Assembly (NCBI GenBank): GCA_030704615.1
Contig: CM060733.1
Span: forward strand, 39,866,001-39,930,000
Direction: 5' to 3'
Source: Takakia lepidozioides
Taxonomy: Eukaryota > Plantae > Bryophyta
Length of the DNA: 64,000 bases
Position numbers and translations under genes: made by a program. The notes beneath the pieces are model-generated. The model saw nothing but the letters and a program-made list of their open reading frames with translations, made no database searches and had not been told where the DNA came from. Shown one piece after another: positions 13,330 through 23,614 of the stretch. Every line of letters begins with the position of its first letter. The stretch's first letter is position 1.

Positions 13330-16300
13330 ATGGGGTCGGGCAAGCCAAAGCGAAAGCGGAACGGCCCAAAATATGATGATCCTGGTGAGCCCGATGGGGG
13401 CGACGTGTCACCGAAGCGGCCGTTTGAGGAAGCGATGCATGTTTCCGAAAATGAGGCCGTTCAAGAGCGGGAGGAATCTGAGGAGTCGGAGCCCGAGGAC
13501 TCCTTGAGAGCTCCGACAAATCAAGAAATGCTTCCCATGCCGGCAGCCTTTTGGGAAGGGTTGTTGGCGCAGTTTGGCGGGACGTTGAAAGACGTGTTGA
13601 AGGCGGCTAATGCCACTTCCACTAAGGCAAAGTTTAAGGTGAAGCCTAAGGAACTCGGCACCTTCGAGGGCGTCCGAAATCGGAAGGCACTCAACACCTG
13701 GCTCCTGGAGCTAGAGCAGTACTTTCGGGCGGCCAAGTTGAGTGACGAGGATCGGGTGGAAGTGACTCCCACCTATGTGGGGCTATGCTCAACAATGGTG
13801 GCAGAAACGCCTTCACGACCGAGGTCCAAGCCCGGAAACCTTGAACTGGAGTGGGTTCAAGGAATTGATGAAGAGACAGTTTGTGCCTCTCAACGCGTCC
13901 TGGCTTGCCCGGGACAAGATGAGGAATTTGAAGCAAACAGATGACATTCGGGGGTATGTCCAGGCTTTCAATGAGCTGTTGCTCGAAGTCGCGGACATGG
14001 CAGAACCAGAAATGGTCTTCAACTTTGTGGCGGGACTGGCCCCATGGGCCAGGCGGAAGTTGGAAGAGAAGCCATCCAAGACTTTGAACGAGGCAATCGA
14101 GAGGGCTGAATGTTTTTCGGATGTCCCTAGGGGTGAGAGACAAGGCCGTACGGAGCTGAACCACAAGAAGACCCGGCGGGAAGATGACTCCTTCCGACCG
14201 GAAAAGAAGTGGGATAGGCCACGCGGCGACTATGGCACGTGGAAATCGAAGGGAGGGCCTTCACACGTCAAGGCGGCATCCGGTGCTTCGAAAGGAAAAG
14301 CGGGTGGAGCAGCTTATGGCGGACAGAAGGCGACCTTTGATGGAGTGTGTTTCAATTGCGGGGAGCCCGGGCACATGGCCAAGAAGTGCATGAAACCTCG
14401 ACAATTGAACATGACTCGGGCAACCACGGAGCTGTCGGAAGATACCATCAGTCGCTTGGTGGAAGCGGTGGTCGCCAGGACTTGCAAGGTAGACAACTAT
14501 TCTTGTGAGTTGTATCAGGAAACTGGCGCCTTACGTAAATGGAGTCAGTTATTGTTCGTGGATGGGATAATATTCGGAACTAACGTGTCATTGTTGGTGG
14601 ACACAGGAGCGTCGCAGTCCTTCATGACACCGGCAACGGCACAAAAGCTGGGACTCCCGACAAGTGACGTGGGGGCCTCTATTGAGGTGCGTTCTGCCAA
14701 AGGAGAATCGCAATTGGCGACAAGGTTGGCGTTCGATGTCCCTCTTCAACTGGGGAGTTGGGAAGGACGTGAGAACTTTACCATCTGTGAGATCGATGGA
14801 GTGGATCTCATTTTGGGGATGACATTTTTGAGCAAATCCGGAGCGGTCATAGATAGCCGCAAGAGAGTAGTCACGCTGTCATGTGGGAATGGTGGCGAGG
14901 TCTTACGAGTGTCAGAAACGCCCAAACCCGTAGGAGGGGCGAAGTCCGTGATGCAGGTTTTGAGGATGGGGGTTAAATCGCAGTTCCACTTGCAAAATGG
15001 ACTGCTCCGGTATAAGCAAAAGCGTCTCTACATGCCGAAAGGAGGGATCAGAGATAACCTCTTGAGAGAATGTCATGATAGCCCGCTTGCGGGCCACGGA
15101 GGAGCAAGCGCACTGCGGCACTTTTGAAGAAAGAGTATTTCTGGCCCAAACTGAGGGAGGAGGCAGAGGAGTATGTCAAGACATGCACCACATGCCAACA
15201 AAACCGGAGCGAGTACAAAAAGCAAGCGGGGCTCTTACAACCCTTGCCGATTCCAAAGGGGACTTGGGAAAGCGTCTCGATGGATTTCATGACTGCTATG
15301 CCGCTGTCAAAAGGATTCGATGCAATCATGGTGGTGGTGGATAGGTTCAGTAAAATGGGTCATTTCATCCCCACCAATGAGACGACAATGGCGCAGGAAA
15401 CATGACGATTTTACTTCGCCCACGTCTTAAAGCATCATGGAGTCCCAAAGGATATTATCTCGGATCGCGATCCAAAGTTTACGAGTAAATTTTGGAGGGC
15501 ACTTTGGAAGATGATGTGGACGAGGCTGAAGATGAGTACCGCCTTCCGACCTACGACCGACGGCCAAACAGAAAGAGTGAATTCCGTAGTGAAGCAGATC
15601 TTGCGGAATTACGTGTCGGCAGACCAAACAGACTGGGTGGAACATTTAGACGCGGCAGAGTTCTGTTATAATAACACAGAACACTCCGCAACGGGAGTTT
15701 CCCCTTTTGTATTGGTCTATGGAAAAGCACCTCTGGTGCCGACAAGTTGCGCCGCCCATGACGTTGAGGAACCGGCAGTAGCGGCGATACTAGAAGAACG
15801 CGAGCGTTTGTTGAAGCTCGCAAAGTACAACATTGCCAAAGTTAGGAAACGGTATGAAAGGCAGGCGAATCGGAAGCGGATGGAAGTGAAGTTTGAGGCA
15901 GACACGGAGGTCTGGTTGAACATCAAGAATTTCCGACTACCTCCGGAAGTGAGTTCAAAGTTCATACCTCCGTATACGGGACCCTTTCGCATCCGGAAGA
16001 TTATGAATGAGGATGTGTATGAATTGGAGCTGCCGGCAAACAGCAAGGTGCATCCAGTATTTCACGTCTCCCTTTTGAAGCCTTACTTCAAAGATGAAGC
16101 GCGCCCGAATCGGCATCAAGTGTTGCGTCCGCCACCTGTGCTGTTGGATCATGAAAATGAACCTGAGTACGAGGTGGAGGCAGTACTTAAGTCGATGAGG
16201 TTCAAGAACCGAGAAACGGAGTATCTCATCAAATGGAAGGGCTATCATCATGTGGAGGCATCTTGGGTGCATGCCTCAGAAATGGGAAACGCATCCGAGG

Positions 16301-16350
16301 CGGTTGTAGTTTTCGAAGGGCGACCTCAAAAGCGACAGAAGAAGCGTTGA
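13330..16350 (+). pseudogene. gag - aspartic protease - integrase - chromodomain polyprotein, with no RT/RH
   Basis: Zn knuckle CFNCGEPGHMAKKC; protease LLVDTGASQSF; integrase ECHDSPLAGHGG..CTTCQQ, SMDFM, IISDRDPKF, TDGQTERVN, YTGPF; chromodomain EYEVEAVL..YLIKWKGY. Frameshifts near 13770 and 15105, stop at 15403. Confidence 0.93.
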
Positions 16351-17256
16351 TGGGGACATCAATCTTGGAGCGTGGGGGAGGAAATGCATGCTTAGCTCGG
16401 CTTAGCTAGCTCAGGAATCCGATTGCAAAAACTTGTATTGTACAAAAATTTGTTATAAAGGAAATGGGTTCCAAATGTTGTGTGTCCTATTTTGTTTGGA
16501 ATGGTGATGCATGGTGTGGTTGGCTAGTGTGTAGAATGCATGCTAGCTTACAAAAGTGGGAGAGGTAAATTGGGTAAATCGTGTGTTTGCGTAGTGCCGA
16601 AATCAGGTGACTCCCATCCAAGGGGCAAGGAAGCATGCGCCTTTTTTGGGAGTTCACGTGCTAGTGCGCACCTGGCGCGTGCGCGTACTATAACTGCGCT
16701 ACTGAGGTGGTTGCCTTGTAGTGCGGGCTAACGCGGAAGCTATGTGCTTCCGTTCACGTACTATAATCGTGTAGCCTCGGGACGAAGTCGTAGTGCGGCT
16801 TCGACGTGTTCCCGTACCTCAGGCCAGCATTCCAAGACGGACCTAATTATAGTGATTGGGGCACACGATTGGTTCAAGGTTATCTTCCTAGTCAAAGGGG
16901 GTTCGAGGTGAACCCTTGCGCAAAGTGATGCCAAAAGCGGCATCACGAGCGATCGCAAGCAATGTTGTTGCAGTAAGGCGATTTGATCCTTGGGGAGGAT
17001 CGTTCCTTGACCTTGAAGAAGGCCAAGAAGAGTGCACTGGGAGGAGCTTGAGAGGCTCCACCCTTGGCCGAGACTTGGAGGAAGTCGGCCGAACTAGCTA
17101 GTGGAGAGTAGAGTCAAGTGTGGGGTTTGGTTCTTTGCCATGGGACGCCATGGTACGGAAACAAACTCCTTGATGTGGGACGCCACAACTTGGATGTTTG
17201 TTTCTACAAAATGGACAAGTCGATGAGGACATCGACTCCCTGTTGGTAGGGGTGTG

Positions 17257-17988
17257 TGTCGCGGCCCTTTGCCTTGAGGGCAGGGGGTCGGGACACATGA
17301 GGGGCTGCCCCTGTGGTGGGGGCAGCGGCAGCGATAGGTATGGGGGGCTAAAGCACCCTTGAGTGCCCAAGGCACTCAAGGAGGCGGAGGCGCTCACTAG
17401 GTGGAGCCCCGCACACCGGGCTGCGGTGGGGGTGGCTCCACAAGGGGTGGTGGTAGCTTAGCGGGACTTAGTGGGGGTGGCATAAGACTCACCATGGGGG
17501 CGGAGACCTCGTGGTGGGAGTCGTGGGGAGTCTTGGGACTCATCACGGTCCATAGGGGCCGTGGTGAGTGGGCCAAGACTCACCGCGACTCATCACCGGG
17601 AGTCGAGGGTTTTCGTGGTGGTTCGCCATAAAATGGCATGGCTGGTTGTGAAACCCCCGCGGACAGCTACAGAAGTATATATAAGGGGAGTGGTAACCCC
17701 GAGAACGGTGGAAGTCCGTTGGTGTCCAAAAACTAGTGAGTAAGCGAGCGAGCGAGCCGGAAAGCAACCAAAGAGTGGGGAGCTGTTCCGGATTGCCATC
17801 TACCAAAGGGAATTCCACTAGGCCCAAATAGGTGGAGGGTTCTTTGGGAGTTCGAAGGGGGACCGTTATGTCCCGGTGAGCAGCCGAAGCTCCGAGTTGG
17901 CCCGGCGGCCAGGTTGGGAGTCAGACGCGCGCATCAAAGCGAGTAACTATGACTTGAAGGGGAGCTTACCGAAGTGAGGTGCGCGACA
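17257..17988 (+). repeat. 3' LTR of gypsy element
   Basis: TGTCGCGGCC...GTGCGCGACA followed by the TSD CATCA. Confidence 0.97.
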
Positions 17989-19882
17989 CATCAGCTCAGG
18001 ATATTCTGCCGTTTTTTGTTGAGGACTTCGAGCCAGACCAGGATCTCAAGCTAGATCAGGAGGTCTTCACTCAGGCCTTCACGCGCAGTCCCCCTCTTGC
18101 AGCAGCAGGTCCTTCCGGTCTCCTGTATGAGCATTTACGTGACTGTTTCTCTCCACAGGACTCTGCTAGTGGCTTCTCTCAGTTATTCCAGATTTGCTCC
18201 TTTATTGCTACTGGCCGTATCCCTGCCCCAGTGGCCCGTCTCCTTGGGGCCTCCAGATTGTTAGCTATAAGCAAACCCTCAGGTACTGGCATCCGCCCTA
18301 TCGCAGTTGGAGAGGTTCTTTACCGCCTTGTCAGCCGCTCACTTTGTCTTCAGTTTCGAGATGCCTTCTCCGGACATCTCTTTCCGCATCAGTTTGGGGT
18401 CGCCACTCCAGGCGGTTGCGAGGCGGTGGTTCAGGGGATTCGTGCAGCTCTTGATCTTCATCCAGATTGGGTGGTTCTCCAGGTCGACGTCACCAACGCT
18501 TTCAACACTGTGTCACGAGCGGCTATCTTTCAGGAGCTCCGTTCAGCCGGAGGAGATTTCCACCAGCTCATTCCGTTTGTTCGATTATTCTATGCATCCA
18601 CCACTCCCATATACTACAGTCATCATTTTCGCCTAGGTGAGTGCTTCATCATTCAGTCCGAGGTTGGGTCCCGCCAAGGCGACCCTATAGGAGGATCTTT
18701 GTTTGCCATGGCTCATGTCCGCGCCCTCACGGCTTCTGCACAAGTTCACTCATCTTGTCTTTTGCCATCGGTGGCAAACGACACGCACATTGTAGGCCCT
18801 GCCTCACAGGTACTTTCAGCTTACTATCATTTTGTCACCCAACTCTCTGCCGTGGGCCTTTCAGGCAACCTCGCAAATGTGCGGTGTGGTCTCTGTTCGG
18901 TCTCCCTGCAGATTTTGTCCTCCCTGCTCACTTCATTGCTCCGCCCAATGGCATTAGAATCCTGGGAGTCCCTTTTGGCACCACCCAGTTCATTTCGCAA
19001 ACCTCTTCTCTCAGTCAGCCAAGATCAAGCCCTCACTACAACAGATGAGCGTTTTTATGACTACACATATGACTATTTTTTCAGTCTTATATGCGTTCAT
19101 GACTACATCACTCTGTAGTGAAAAAAACCCTGTCATAGCGACTAGTCTTTAGGACTGCATTTTGCAAGTCATAGCCGTGACTGCGTGCGCGACACCTGGA
19201 GTCATGCATAAGAGAGTGATGTAGTTACAACTCTATGACTTACATACGACTAACTATATGATTACATTGTCTGATGAGCGTTGCCTACATGGAGAGGCTT
19301 TAGATGAGCACGTGCACCACTACGCAAGCGACACGTCACGACACCTTTTGCACTTTAGATGTGACATGTGGCACTTAGACATAATATATGACTAGCATAT
19401 ATGGCAGGGTTTATGCCACGTGTCATCAAGAATGTCTCTGAAAATAATTTAATAGTTATATTTGTAATTTTAAATTCTTAAATTTATATTTTATTTTTGA
19501 AAACAGGGTATAGCAGCTTGGAAAATTTTATTAAATGGTATTATTGTTTAATTTAATAATTTTATATAAAATAAAAATAGATTAAATGATTTAAATTCTT
19601 CATTACATGGTGAAATTCTGATATAAAAACAGAATGGACCCCTAATGAATACTAGCAACCACAAGGACATTCAAAATAGACAAGTACAGGGGAATACACG
19701 CCCTATAAATTATATTACAAAAATCCAAATGAGACCAATGTCCCAATGGACACCTCAGAGGCCACAAGGTCCAAAAATCCATGCCTGAAAAGGTCCAGTA
19801 AACAAAAAATAAGCAAGCCCACACATGGGCTGAATTGTTGTAATACTAGTTTGTTCTGGTGCTACTAGAATTAAGGACCCTG

Positions 19883-22800
19883 TTAAACAGTGCAATACTT
19901 ACGGCCGATTTGATAAGAGGGAAAAACAGGGTGAAATGTGTTGAAGAAGGTGCCTTGATTAACAGTGCCTGATTTGATCAATTGTGCCGCTGCTGCTGCG
20001 GCTTCCAGTTGACCATCTACCCATGCAGGTTTCTTGTACCTATCCTTCCACAGGGAATCATAGGTAATACGGAGCTTGAAATCCGGCCCTCTTGGATGAA
20101 TCTGGACCCACACATCTATCCCTGCTCCTTCAGCTATCCATGCCCCTATACAAATCATGCATACATCCTCACATTGTTGCTAGCAGCTGACAAATGACAG
20201 CCTAGAATTGCTTGAGCAAACACCCCAACCCTACTTATCACACTAGTTCCTATGCTGACTTGTGTCTGCTTCCAACAGGCATTCACCTTTTGCCTCAATT
20301 GTTCCACCATTGACTGAGGTCGGGAACGTATTCATCCTAGAGCTTCTCCTCGAGTCTCTGTTATCTATTTTTCGATACTTTCCTGTCGACCACATTGACA
20401 GTAACATGTCAAAATCACTCCAAAACTACCATAGATCCACCAACGAGCTAACTTGCAGAATTCAACATTAGAATTTAAGGACGACTCTGATAGCAGGGGA
20501 AAACAAGGTGAAATATGTTGAAGAAGGTACCTTCATTAGCAGCACCTTGTTATGAATTGTGCTGCTGCCGCTGCTGTTTCCAGTTGACCATCTACCCACT
20601 TGTAGCCGCTGTTAGCTATTGAAGAAGGTGCCCCCTTCCCCCATCATTTGATCATAGGTCTCCATACCATGTCCCTGCTCTGCATACCCTGCAAACATCG
20701 CGTTCCATGACACCACATCTCGTTCAGCCATAGTGTTGAAAACTCCCTTCGCATCCTTAATGCACCCACATTTCGCATACATGTCCACCAGGCCAGTGTT
20801 CAGAATGACATCTGGTACAATTCCAGCTTTGATGATGTCACCATGGATCTCTTTTCCCCTTTTCCAGAGGTCCCAATCTTATACACGCATTGCAAACACA
20901 AACAAACGTGATGTGGTTGGGCTTCACCCCTTCGCGTAGCATTTGCTCATATGTCTCCAAAGCATTCATACCACACCCATGCTTGGTAAATCCTGCCAAC
21001 ATTATATTCCACGTGATCAAAGATCATTGAGACATTCTGTTGAAAACTTCGTGAGCATGCATGCATGATGCTCCTGCACTTAACATACATGTTTGCTCCT
21101 GCACCCACATTTTGCATACATGTCCACCAGGGTATTGTTCAAAATGACATTTGGTACAATTCCAGCCCTAATGATGTTGCCATGGACCTCTTTGCAAGCC
21201 CGTTTCCAGAGCTGCCATGGCTGTGTTCAGAATGACATTTGGTACAATTCCAGCTTTGACGATGTCACCATTCACCTCTTTGCCCTTTTCCAGGGCTGCC
21301 AAGCTTGCTACAAGCATTGCGAGTGCACACAAACGTGATGTGGTCGGGCTTCACCCCTTCGCACATCATTTGCTCATACATCTCCAAAGCCTCCATCCCA
21401 CGCCCCTGTTGTGCATTCACTGCGAGCATCGCACTCCACGACACCACATTTCGTTCAGCCCTATTGTTGATCACCCCCTTTGCATCCTTGATGCTCCCAC
21501 ATTTGGCATACAAGTCCACCAGGGCAGTGTTCAGGATCACATCTGGTATGATTCTAGCTCTGACGATGTCGCCATGCACTTCTTTGCCCTTTTCCAGGGC
21601 TGCCAGGCTTGCACACGCACTGCAAACGCACACAAACGTGATGTGGTCGAGCTTCATCCCTTCGCACATCATTTGCTCATACGTCTCCAAAGCCTCCATC
21701 CCGTGCCCCTGCTGTGTATACCCTGCGAGCATCCCACTCCACGACACCACATTTCGTTCAGCCATATTGAACACTCCCTTTGCATCCTCGATGCTCCCAC
21801 ATTTGGCATACAAGTCCACCAGGGCAGTGTTCAGGATCACATCTGGTACGATTTTAGCTCTGACGATGTCACCATGCACCTCTTTGTCCTTTTCCAGGGC
21901 TGCCAGGCTTGCACACGCACTCCAAACGCACACAAACGTGATGTGGTCGGGCTTCACCCCTTCCCCCATCATTTGCTCATAGGTCTCCAAAGCATTCCTA
22001 CCACACCCATGCTTGGTAAATCCTCCCAACATTATATTCCTCGTGATCAAAGATCATTGAGGCATTCTGTTGAACACTTGGTGAGCATCCATGATGCTCC
22101 TGCACTTAACATACATGTGGACAAGGGTGTTGAGGAGAAAAACATTTGGCGTGAATCCACTTTGGATAATGTGAGTTTGCACCTGCTTTTCAGCTTCCAG
22201 GCCTTTCACCTTGATGCACTTATGCAAGAGACAGACATACGTATCTGAAAATGCTAAAATGCCTCCTTGGTTTAAAGTCTGTAGACTCTAGAGCCTCTAT
22301 CAGTCTGCTCAAAGCATCTTCACATGCCCATAAGTGCCAGAAGAGACATTGTGGACTCCCTCTCTTGATCCGCTTCCAGAAGCTGTGGTCACGGTTGAGG
22401 TGCCTGGTTTTATCAACTGTGCCGCTGCAGCTGCTGCCTTCAGTTGACCATCTACCCATGCAGGTTTCTTGTGGCTATTGATCCACAAGGAATCATAGGT
22501 AATTTTGTGCTTGAAATCTGGCCCTCTTGGAAGAATACGCAAGCAGCAGATACCATGTGCAAATCCAAAAACAACAAAGGTGGTGAAGGTGCGCAACCTG
22601 CCAAAGAGAGGGCGGAGTTGAGGAAGGATGAAGCAATTAAAGACATTGGGAAATGCTCTGATGCGGGTAGAAGGAAAGACACAGGCCCTGTCGGGGTTCA
22701 GCTGGCAGAAGAACAAGCTGCTGACAGCAACAACATGGAAGCAGAGTGGATACAAGTTGATTTTGACAAACCTGAGTCCATCAGACAAGGCATCAGAAGG

Positions 22801-23614
22801 CCCAAACAAAGAACATTGTGCAAAATCTGTAATAACATGAGACACAATCGTCACACATTAACCCAACATGGGTCTTGGCAAACTTTCAGCAAAGCTGAAA
22901 CAATCACAGAAGCAAAAAAAAGGGCAAGACCTCAAGGGAAGATGTATGGAGTACCTTTTGCAGTGATCAATGAGTATGTGGAAGGAGGAGAAGCTTACCC
23001 ACTGCCAAGCACGGAGTACATGATGCAACCAACAGCACAAGTATCATGTCAGTTCACTCATAATGAGCTGGAGGCACTGGATGAGTTGGACGAGATATAC
23101 CATATAAGTGATCACACTCCAATAAGACTACAACAACACCCCACATCAACATGTTGACACGGGGAAGTGCAAAGAAGGCCAAAATAAAACACCCCAACCC
23201 TACTTATCACAATCTGAAATGCATCTGCTTCTCTCTATAGTCCAACAGGCATTCGCCTTTTTGTCTCCATTGTCCCACCATTGACTGGGGTCAGAAAGTG
23301 TTCACCCCAAAGCTTCTCCTCACCTCTATTATATGTTTTTGGATACTTCCCTGCTGCCACACTGGCAGTAACTTGCCAAAGTCACTCCAAACCACCACAG
23401 ATCTACCCTACGACCTAACTTACAAAATTCAATATACATCTTGCGGCCGAGTCTGATAAGAGGGCAACACAGGCTGAAATAGGTTGAAGAAGAAGGTGCC
23501 CTACCACATTGTCCTTGACCTGTCCTGACCCATGGAGGATTTGACCGACCATCAACCTAAAAGGACCTCTTGTGTGTGCTGCTTGTATCTGTAGTCAGGT
23601 AATGTCGGATTGGT
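19883..23614 (-). pseudogene. PDF-motif::PLS-PPR chimeric gene fragments inside the CACTA element
   Basis: AG|TNPTLPDYRYKQHTQEVL.VDGRSNPPWV (23614-23530); EEKLWGEHF.DPSQWWDNGDKK (about 23320-23255); LPRGPDFKHKITYDSLWINSHKKPAWVDGQL (22535-22440); P/L/S motifs 22250-20640; a further PDF copy at 20360-20000. Confidence 0.85.
22540..23160 (+). mobile_element. L1-like ORF1 fragment inserted in the intron of the PDF motif
   Basis: EWIQVDF...LCKICNNMRHNRHT resembles an ORF1 Zn-knuckle region. It replaces part of the intron seen intact at 20103-20285 and 55075-55250. Confidence 0.45.

Larger units (their letters stand above)
12544..17988 (+). mobile_element. Ty3/gypsy chromovirus-type LTR retrotransposon lacking RT and RNase H
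   Basis: About 731-bp TG..CA LTRs, 5-bp TSD CATCA (12539-12543 and 17989-17993), PBS TGGTATCAGAGC, and a purine-rich tract before the 3' LTR. Confidence 0.97.
11850..19033 (+). mobile_element. CRE-clade-like non-LTR retrotransposon (degenerate), split by the gypsy insertion at 12544-17988 and cut by the CACTA at 19034
   Basis: Zn-finger CPACGHLFPRIRGLVRHQRTC. RT motifs AAGPSGLLYEHL, GIRPIAVGEVLYRLVSR, QFGVATPGGCEAVV, VDVTNAFNTVSR, GSRQGDPIG, SVANDTHIVG (YADD-equivalent mutated) and GIRILGVPFG after a frameshift. 5' boundary approximate. Confidence 0.82.

Noticed and set aside
21217-22248. Long + strand ORFs (343 aa and 225 aa) and similar ORFs at 28.3-29.9 kb
   Set aside because: Antisense shadows of PPR repeats.
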